Below the pieces are notes generated by a model. It ran no database searches. It saw only the letters and a list, made by a program, of their open reading frames with translations, and was not told where the DNA came from. This document shows positions 1 to 6,734 of a DNA stretch of 64,000 bases, one piece after another (position 1 is the first letter of the stretch; each line of letters starts with the position of its first letter). The position numbers and the translations under genes are program-made. The stretch comes from an uncultured archaeon (GTDB taxonomy: Archaea > Asgardarchaeota > Heimdallarchaeia > Heimdallarchaeales > Heimdallarchaeaceae): contig CAZJUB010000001.1 of assembly GCA_964549075.1 (NCBI GenBank), forward strand, positions 31,255 to 95,254, written 5' to 3'.

Positions 1-1
1 T

Positions 2-454
2 TTAGATGAAAAATACTATTTATTAAATTCATCAGGATCCAAATTTGAGACAGGAATACTAAATTGTGCAAATATCTCAGCTATGGTCAACAGCTTAAAT
101 GTTTTATCAAAAGTAGGATTATCGAAAATTGAACAACATGAAAGAAAATTAAGATCGATTCTTAGTAGAGGTTTGTCAGATTTTGAAGTTTTAGAAATTA
201 ATACAATTAATAATGCTGAATACGGACCTATTATCTCAATTGGAAGCGAGATAATTGAAGCTCATGATTTTGCGTTGATCTTGGAAGATCTTAAAAATAT
301 TCAGGTACGAAGCGGAGCTTTATGTTCGCATTTGTTTATGTATGAGTTAAAGTTCTCAGATATAGTTAGGATATCAACACATCTTTATAACACTGAAGAA
401 GAGATTAAAATATTCTTGGAAACAATTGCAGTAATACTTAATCAGATGAGTTAG
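2..454 (+). CDS. C-terminal part of a class V PLP aminotransferase / cysteine desulfurase-like protein (5' end outside window)
   Basis: Frame 2 is open from nt 2 (LDEKYYLLNSSGSKFETGILNCANISAMV...) into the listed ORF. The blocks FETG..N, RSGALCSHLF and VRISTHLYNTEEEI resemble conserved C-terminal blocks of NifS/SufS/CsdA-type enzymes. Confidence 0.55.
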   Translation, partial: LDEKYYLLNSSGSKFETGILNCANISAMVNSLNVLSKVGLSKIEQHERKLRSILSRGLSDFEVLEINTINNAEYGPIISIGSEIIEAHDFALILEDLKNIQVRSGALCSHLFMYELKFSDIVRISTHLYNTEEEIKIFLETIAVILNQMS

Positions 455-520
455 ACATTTGAGTAAGTTGTTCTCGATAAGAAAGAAAAAATTAAAAGGT
501 AATCTCACAAAATAATTATA

Positions 521-594
521 GCACACATAGTCTAGAGGTAGGACTGAGCCCTCCCACGGCTCGAACCCGGGTTCGAATCCCGGTGTGTGCACCA
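521..594 (+). tRNA. tRNA-Gly (anticodon CCC), CCA encoded
   Basis: Hand-folded cloverleaf. Acceptor stem GCACACA/TGTGTGC (7 bp). D stem GTCT/GGAC. Anticodon stem GAGCC/GGCTC with loop CTCCCAC (U33, CCC, A37). T stem CCGGG/CCCGG with loop TTCGAAT. Discriminator A followed by CCA. It is a GC-rich island in AT-rich DNA. Confidence 0.93.
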
Positions 595-597
595 AAC

Positions 598-605
598 TTT
601 TTTTT
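598..605 (+). terminator. oligo-T tract (T8) directly after the tRNA
   Basis: The sequence reads accaaacTTTTTTTTa 3 nt after the CCA end. Archaeal RNA polymerase terminates at oligo-T runs. Confidence 0.4.
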
Positions 606-695
606 ACTAAAAAAATAAAACCGAGTTTTCTTGACACAAAGCGTTAATTTTTAAAACATGAACCCCTATTTTGATTTAAGAGAAGGTGAATTTAA

Positions 696-920
696 CTGGC
701 AAGATGTCCTGATTGCGGTGGAGAAGTCAAATATAAAGCCCCGTTTATGGTCTGTCTAGATTGTGGTTTATCGATGAAAAGATGGGATTTTGATGAACAA
801 AGCAAGAAAATCAAGGCAGAATTCAAGAAAGAAATGGGAGAATCTGACGAAGAAACCGAAAGAAAAGAACGAGAAAAGAAACGTGCCTATCATGATTGGA
901 TCATGAAAAAGGAGAGCTAA
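696..920 (+). CDS. small zinc-ribbon protein with unresolved start (no in-frame ATG/GTG/TTG before the first CxxC; possible frameshift)
   Basis: Frame 3 reads LARCPDCGGEVKYKAPFMVCLDCGLSMKRWDFDEQSKKIKAEFKKEMGESDEETERKEREKKRAYHDWIMKKES*. That is CxxC-x12-CxxC followed by a Lys/Glu-rich tail. The first in-frame ATG (747) lies after the first CxxC. A frame-1 ATG at 658 opens a 33-codon ORF that overlaps it. Confidence 0.35.
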   Translation: MARCPDCGGEVKYKAPFMVCLDCGLSMKRWDFDEQSKKIKAEFKKEMGESDEETERKEREKKRAYHDWIMKKES

Positions 921-922
921 CA

Positions 923-1183
923 ATGACGATAATAGCTCAACATCTAACTTGTGATTTTAAAGATAGATGTAAATCCTGTAGGAAATACTTATGGCCACCT
1001 AAACAAAAAGGAAGATATTTCTATTGTACTGACTGTAATTCTGCTATTCTTTGCGATAGAGGTCTTATACAGAATTTTACAACTGATAAAGATGGGATAA
1101 TACAAAAAAAGAATTTATGTATGAAATGCAATAATGATGTAATAGAAAGAATGTGGCCAGAAGACACTTTTGAAATAGAATAA
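923..1183 (+). CDS. small Cys-rich (multi-CxxC) zinc-finger protein, function unknown
   Basis: ATG at 923 is preceded by GGAGAG (911-916). The TTG at 896 given by the ORF track overlaps the upstream ORF. CxxC pairs present: CKSC, CTDC, CMKC. Confidence 0.5.
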   Translation: MTIIAQHLTCDFKDRCKSCRKYLWPPKQKGRYFYCTDCNSAILCDRGLIQNFTTDKDGIIQKKNLCMKCNNDVIERMWPEDTFEIE

Positions 1184-1197
1184 AAAAAGGAATTATC

Positions 1198-2613
1198 CTA
1201 TTGGATTATAACATATAATCCAGGATCATCCATTATGTAAATTAATTCTTCGGGATTTTCTGCCATGTAATTAGTTATCTCTCTTCTCAGTGCATCAACA
1301 GGAGATTCATTTGGTTCTTTAATTGGAGTTACTCTGTAGTATTTACGCAGTTGATCTGCATCCCAATCAGAAACAATTTTCAAATTACCTTCACCTATTG
1401 ATTTGACAATTCGCATTGTATCGACTGGTTTTTGGTTACCAATTTTGAAAGTTTTAGTTGTACAATAATTGTCAAGAATATATTCAAGACCTTCTTGAAG
1501 AGGCATAGCACCAGTCTCTTTCATAACTTGTTCATAATTATCGTTACCCACACCATCAGGTAAAGGAGCAACTGCAATAATTATTCCTGTTCCATCCTGT
1601 TTAACTGCGTTCCAAGCTGCATGAATTCCCTTTCCTGCTTGATACAGATTAATTCCCCAACTTTGCATTCCACTTACTACTATTCCTCCAGCTTTAGGAA
1701 GTCTAACAGTTCTCATATCGACAATGTGTCTTTTAGCTTCATTATGTAATTCTACGAGGTCACCGGCACTTATATGAACAATTTTTCCTTCGGTTACTAT
1801 AGTGTCAATTCCAAAAATAGTAATTTTGGTTTTTAGAATATTTACCATATTTTTGATATCAGTTATTACTGGATTTTCTTTTGTCCCCCCTAGTTTACAA
1901 CCAGGAACAAAACCAAGCTCTCTATCAAACATTTTAGGATGATTTTGCCTAACAGTTTTTCTACTAGCGATTCCAGGACAGATTTCCTTAATTGTACCTG
2001 CAACTCCAGCAAAGTAATGTAATTCACTATCAGTCATTGGTATTAATATAGATGCTTCAAAAGCTAATTTATCAAATTCCATAGGAGTTCCAACGTCACT
2101 TTCGCCGATATAAACACCTTCTTCATCACAATTATGTGCAACAATCTGTGATTTGTATTCTTCATAAATTTGATTGCCAACAATTTTAGTATACTCTGTT
2201 TCTTTTGGTAATCGATGAGTACCTGTAGCTATTAAAATTCTAATATCTTCTTTTTTAACATTTAAAGAAAGAACTTTTTTCAGCATTAAAGGTAATATTA
2301 TTTTTGTATGAATATTGGGTCTAGTATAATCATCTACAACAAAAACTATAGGTTTTCCATGTTGATATTTTTGCTCAACGAGTTTATCAAAAGAGACTTT
2401 ATAGCCAAATGGATCAGCTAATTTTCTCATTAAAGCTTCTTCTAATGTTCCCTCAAACATAGGATTTTTTGAAAATTCTGGAGGGTGTAAAAATATTGTA
2501 TTGTTTTTATATTTAGCTGGGACAAAATGATTAATCATTTCTGATCCCCAAGATATAGGTGTATCTAAATATTCTGTCATGAGCTTACCAAAGGTAAATG
2601 CTTTATAAAACAT
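1198..2613 (-). CDS. LarA-like protein (nickel-dependent lactate racemase family, DUF2088 N-terminal domain)
   Basis: The block VVDDYTRPN...ILIATGTHRLPKETEYTKIVG matches the D-x-TRP / GTHR signature region of LarA-family proteins. At 471 aa the size fits. Confidence 0.65.
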   Translation of the reverse strand: MFYKAFTFGKLMTEYLDTPISWGSEMINHFVPAKYKNNTIFLHPPEFSKNPMFEGTLEEALMRKLADPFGYKVSFDKLVEQKYQHGKPIVFVVDDYTRPNIHTKIILPLMLKKVLSLNVKKEDIRILIATGTHRLPKETEYTKIVGNQIYEEYKSQIVAHNCDEEGVYIGESDVGTPMEFDKLAFEASILIPMTDSELHYFAGVAGTIKEICPGIASRKTVRQNHPKMFDRELGFVPGCKLGGTKENPVITDIKNMVNILKTKITIFGIDTIVTEGKIVHISAGDLVELHNEAKRHIVDMRTVRLPKAGGIVVSGMQSWGINLYQAGKGIHAAWNAVKQDGTGIIIAVAPLPDGVGNDNYEQVMKETGAMPLQEGLEYILDNYCTTKTFKIGNQKPVDTMRIVKSIGEGNLKIVSDWDADQLRKYYRVTPIKEPNESPVDALRREITNYMAENPEELIYIMDDPGLYVIIQ

Positions 2614-2677
2614 ATCTTTTTAACAAAAATATATACTCATCAATTACTTTTTAATAGTTCAAACTTTCAGATGCTTC

Positions 2678-4183
2678 ATGACACTTCATGAGATTGCTCT
2701 TCACCCTTCTAGAAAAGTAAATATTCGAGTCATGGTGATTTCCAATCTTATTTTAGGTCTATTCTCTGGCTTCTACAATGTTATATTGCAACCTTTTATT
2801 GTTAAAATAATAGAAGCATCTGGTAAATATCAAAGTCCCGAAGAAGCACTTGGAATTATAATGACAATAGCTTCTTTAATCCAAGTTGTTCCGATGATTT
2901 TTGGAGCAAAAATAAGTGATAAAATTGGTCGTAAAAGAGTGATAGTTGGCAGTATGCTTTTTGTTCCTATAGCAATGATATTATTAGGAATATCAGGCAT
3001 TCTACCTGTAAACCAACCAATTTCCTTCTACTCTTTTTCAGATGGTTTTCTTCTTAAGATAACTGATTACCCAAAATTCATTAGACAAGGTATTCCAATT
3101 ACCTACTCTTTAGCTGTGGCTTTTCTTGGTATGAGTTTTGTTTCTTTAGGATTTGGATTTGGTGATCCAGCGATAAGTGCATTAACTGCTGAGAGTGCTG
3201 AAAAGAAGAAAACAGCTTCTTCTTTTAGTTTAATCAGTATGGCTGCTTATGCTACAGGATTGATAGGTCCTCTTCTAATTAGAATTTTTACCAATAAAAT
3301 TGATATTTGGGTATATTTCTTTGTTCTAGCTGGTTTTAGATTTATTCTATGTATTTATCAACTTTTTTCGTTAAAAGAACCACATATAGTGAAGGATTTT
3401 CATCCAGGTTTTTTTGTCCAATTTCTTCAGTCCCTAAAAGCTATCTATCAAATGTTTATTCAAATGTTTAAAACTATCTTTCTTTATCTCTCTATCCCGT
3501 ATTTCTTAATACTGAGAAGGAATAAAGAGAAGCAGAAAGGGACATATTATAGGGATATTGAGATGAATCTCATTCTTTTGAAGGAAATTTTTCATAACCC
3601 AGGAGTTCCATATGCTATTGCGTTTTTCATTTTAGATGCTTTGACTTGGGGATTGAGTTTGAGTATTTTTTGGGGTAGTTTAGTCACTCAATATGATTTT
3701 AATGAAGGAAATATTGCTATAATTCAGTTAGTTTTCAATTTGAGCACATTAGTCTTTTTCATTCCTATTACTAGAATATCAGATAAGCTCTCAAAAGTTC
3801 AACTTCTTCTTTTGAGTGAACTCTCCGGAGGACTGTTCTTCGCTGCTAATATTATTGCTTTCTTCACACTACCTCAATATAGATTATATATTATTATAAT
3901 AGGATGGATTGGATTAGGAGCAAGTGTTGCTTTCTGGATACCTGGTATTTTGTCAATTCTAACAAATTTCGATAAAAATCGTAGAGCTGAAGCATATGGC
4001 TTAGTCCAAGGATTACATAGCTTAGGATTTCTCCCAACTTCAGCTCTTGCAGGTTTGATAATTGCAAGAGTAAATTTTCTTGCAGTTTTCATCATAAGCT
4101 TAATTCTATTTCCATTTAATCTTCTTATGGCTTGGAAATTTCCATTAAAAGAAGAAAAATCAGATAAAATAATCGATGGGTAA
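2678..4183 (+). CDS. MFS-type transporter
   Basis: About 12 hydrophobic segments. GAKISDKIGRKRVIV is the MFS loop 2-3 motif (D-x-x-G-R-K/R). Confidence 0.7.
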   Translation: MTLHEIALHPSRKVNIRVMVISNLILGLFSGFYNVILQPFIVKIIEASGKYQSPEEALGIIMTIASLIQVVPMIFGAKISDKIGRKRVIVGSMLFVPIAMILLGISGILPVNQPISFYSFSDGFLLKITDYPKFIRQGIPITYSLAVAFLGMSFVSLGFGFGDPAISALTAESAEKKKTASSFSLISMAAYATGLIGPLLIRIFTNKIDIWVYFFVLAGFRFILCIYQLFSLKEPHIVKDFHPGFFVQFLQSLKAIYQMFIQMFKTIFLYLSIPYFLILRRNKEKQKGTYYRDIEMNLILLKEIFHNPGVPYAIAFFILDALTWGLSLSIFWGSLVTQYDFNEGNIAIIQLVFNLSTLVFFIPITRISDKLSKVQLLLLSELSGGLFFAANIIAFFTLPQYRLYIIIIGWIGLGASVAFWIPGILSILTNFDKNRRAEAYGLVQGLHSLGFLPTSALAGLIIARVNFLAVFIISLILFPFNLLMAWKFPLKEEKSDKIIDG

Positions 4184-4191
4184 TCTATTTC

Positions 4192-5037
4192 TTAAAATGG
4201 TCGTTTTTCAAGTTTCAAATTAAGAATATCTGATATTTCATCACTGATTTCATCTAAAAGAAGTCTTATTTGTTCTTCATACGCAGGTTTAAAGAAGAAA
4301 TAACCAACTAACCAAAAATCGCTTTTATTATTTACTAACTGTCTGAGATACCAACCTTCACTTATTCCTAATGAGTCAATTTGCATACTTACCAATCGAC
4401 TTCTTTCCTTTTCAGTAATTGAAGACTTAACAAAAATATTACTATCTATTGAAAAAGCTGTAAGTAGCTCAGAAAATAGAATTAGACTATTTTTTTCTCT
4501 CAATTCATGTTTATCAATCAGACTCAAAACTTTTCCTTGATCTATATCTCCAATAAACAAATCAGCCACAAAGAGTTTTTCATCCTCTTCTAAATATCTG
4601 ATTTTTCTTAAAATTTGCTCTAAAAATTCTTTCTTCACATCATTTATTGGGAAAGTTTGCGTATAACGAGCTATATCTTGCACTCTAAATGCGATATCAG
4701 GAGGAGGATTATATGTTTCATATGATATAAAGGGAGATAATATCTCAAAAATTGCTTGTCCTTTAAGTTCAAGATAGGAATTGTTATCATAAAGATCGGT
4801 AAAGAAAACAAATCTTAGAGGATTATTTTCGCCAAGAGGAGAGTAAAGATATATTTTGATATCTTCAAGTGCTGCATTAACTAAAGATCTTTCACTGCCA
4901 GTACACTCACCTACAAAATTATTCAAAGCACTTATCATTGGCCAGATTAGCTCTTCGCTTATTTGTATTGTATTATCATCATAAATTGTCCTTCCCAAAC
5001 CTGTTTCCATATCCATAAAAGCTGTGAGATGTATCAT
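4192..5037 (-). CDS. hypothetical protein; the two halves resemble a longin-like and a roadblock/LC7-like alpha-beta domain (pattern reading only)
   Basis: Long ORF with no rival. No catalytic motif. Alternating hydrophobic beta-like and amphipathic helix-like segments follow the order b-b-a-b-b-b-a, then a-b-b-a-b-b-b-a. Confidence 0.55.
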   Translation of the reverse strand: MIHLTAFMDMETGLGRTIYDDNTIQISEELIWPMISALNNFVGECTGSERSLVNAALEDIKIYLYSPLGENNPLRFVFFTDLYDNNSYLELKGQAIFEILSPFISYETYNPPPDIAFRVQDIARYTQTFPINDVKKEFLEQILRKIRYLEEDEKLFVADLFIGDIDQGKVLSLIDKHELREKNSLILFSELLTAFSIDSNIFVKSSITEKERSRLVSMQIDSLGISEGWYLRQLVNNKSDFWLVGYFFFKPAYEEQIRLLLDEISDEISDILNLKLEKRPF

Positions 5038-5143
5038 CAGATATCGAATTCCTATTTAGAATAAAAACATTGCTTCTTATCGTATTGAAACCATAAGCTT
5101 ATTAATAAAGCATTAAAACTTTAATAAAAACGCTGATGATACT

Positions 5144-5593
5144 ATGCAACTCGAGAGGTCTGCTGGAATTGTTATATATAATTCAGGTCATTACCTCCTT
5201 CTAAATTATGGCCGTAGTCGTATAACAGAAAATCGTTGGGGACTAACTAAAGGCCGTATAGAAGAAAATGAAACAGTTATGCAAGCAGCTTTAAGAGAAG
5301 CTTACGAAGAAACTGGAATCAAAGAAATATCTATTTTAGAAGAATTTGAACACAAAATAACGTACTATTTTTCAAGAGGAGCCCAAAGAATCAAAAAAAC
5401 AGTCGTCTATTTAATAGGTATATCTCCCATTAAAGAAGTGATAATATCAGAAGAGCATATAGGTTTTCACTGGGCTAAATATGAAGAAGCTTTAAAAATG
5501 CTCACTTTTGAGAATACACGAAAAGTTATAAGAGCAGCAGAAAGGTATTTACGCGAAAACGAATTGGCTAAAGAACCTTCAGAGGAGAAATAA
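5144..5593 (+). CDS. NUDIX hydrolase
   Basis: Nudix box GRIEENETVMQAALREAYEETGI (G-x5-E-x7-REUxEExGU). Confidence 0.85.
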   Translation: MQLERSAGIVIYNSGHYLLLNYGRSRITENRWGLTKGRIEENETVMQAALREAYEETGIKEISILEEFEHKITYYFSRGAQRIKKTVVYLIGISPIKEVIISEEHIGFHWAKYEEALKMLTFENTRKVIRAAERYLRENELAKEPSEEK

Positions 5594-6160
5594 TTGGCAC
5601 TTTTAGGAGAAGATATTGCACCAAAAGCTCCCATTATAAAAAAACCAAAAACCTTGAATCCTTTGGGAGCGGTAGTTTATGCGTTTTTACTTGGGTTAGG
5701 ACATACCTACGTTTACTCAAGTTTAGTCAAATTAAGGTATTATCGATATTTTAGCATTTTTGGATTTTTACTAATAGGATTGTCAATATTTGTGATTATA
5801 GTTGTCATTTCATTGACAGCAAAGTCAATTCTCTTCACTTTAAAAATCGAAAGAAACAAAACTCTTGCTGCTCAGACTATTCTGCAAATACTGCTATTTT
5901 ATTTAGGTTTTACACCCATTTATGGTTTTAGTATTGCATATTTTGAAAAAACAATTGAATTCTGGGAGATATTTATTAATATAATAGTCATTGCAGTATT
6001 GTTTGCTTTAGCTTTATTTGCGAACATAATTCTTATCCAGAAAGAAAATCCAAGTTTAGGTCATCTTAAAAAACCACTGTATCAACCGAAAAAGCTAATA
6101 CTTATAGGAATTGGAATTATAATTTCCTCAATAAGCACTGCAATTATTTTCCTTTTTTAA
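5594..6160 (+). CDS. integral membrane protein, unknown function (TTG start abutting the NUDIX stop)
   Basis: Five to six hydrophobic helices. No ATG alternative exists in frame. The position suggests co-transcription with the NUDIX gene. Confidence 0.5.
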   Translation: MALLGEDIAPKAPIIKKPKTLNPLGAVVYAFLLGLGHTYVYSSLVKLRYYRYFSIFGFLLIGLSIFVIIVVISLTAKSILFTLKIERNKTLAAQTILQILLFYLGFTPIYGFSIAYFEKTIEFWEIFINIIVIAVLFALALFANIILIQKENPSLGHLKKPLYQPKKLILIGIGIIISSISTAIIFLF

Positions 6161-6165
6161 TCTCA

Positions 6166-6543
6166 TCATTGTACTATATGAAATCCTTCAGAGGTGATTT
6201 CTTCTCTGAGTTGTTGAAAGGTTTTTAATGCTTCATCAAAATCGACTTTATTAGAAACTGTTTCTACACCTTTTAATGTGGAACCTTTGAATTTCCATAG
6301 TTCGACACTATAAACATAAGTATCTGGTTCAGGAATATGAAGTCCACTTCTATCATAAACATATCCTGACCTTTGTCCAAAAGAGAGCATCAGAATAAAC
6401 CAATAGTCTGGCCTTGGATCGTCATTTTCTGATGGTTTTTCTAAAGTTATTGTCTCCTCGACTGTCCCACTCTTTGTGTCTGCAGATAATTTGAGTTTTT
6501 GCAAGTTCTTGTACACATCAGGTGATAATCTTTTTGCTGACAT
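6166..6543 (-). CDS. hypothetical protein
   Basis: 125-aa ORF with an ATG start, filling the gap between flanking genes. No recognisable motif. Confidence 0.45.
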   Translation of the reverse strand: MSAKRLSPDVYKNLQKLKLSADTKSGTVEETITLEKPSENDDPRPDYWFILMLSFGQRSGYVYDRSGLHIPEPDTYVYSVELWKFKGSTLKGVETVSNKVDFDEALKTFQQLREEITSEGFHIVQ

Positions 6544-6734
6544 ATATCAATCAACAGTATAAACATACACTAATCAGTTAAAAATTTAACTCTTAATTTT
6601 AACGAATTTATATATAAAAAACTGGTTTCTTTAGCAAGTACAATCAAAAAATAACCTCTGTTATTTAAAAAGACTTTAAATAATACAGCAAAGATATCAT
6701 AGTATATACAGCTCATCTCAAGTGTGATACAGGG

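Noticed and set aside
374-637. 87-aa minus-strand ORF from the track
   Set aside because: It runs antisense straight through the well-folded tRNA-Gly gene (521-594) and the 3' end of the aminotransferase-like CDS. It has a GTG start and a low-complexity product. It is a shadow ORF.
658-759. Programmed ribosomal frameshift joining the 658 ORF to the zinc-ribbon frame
   Set aside because: There is no slippery X-XXY-YYZ heptamer and no downstream structure in the 696-704 window where the shift would have to occur. An indel or an annotation issue is simpler.
521-1183. tRNA-adjacent integrated mobile element
   Set aside because: tRNA genes are common integration sites, and two tiny zinc-ribbon genes follow this one. 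However, there is no integrase or recombinase, and I noticed no second copy of the tRNA 3' end that could serve as an att repeat.
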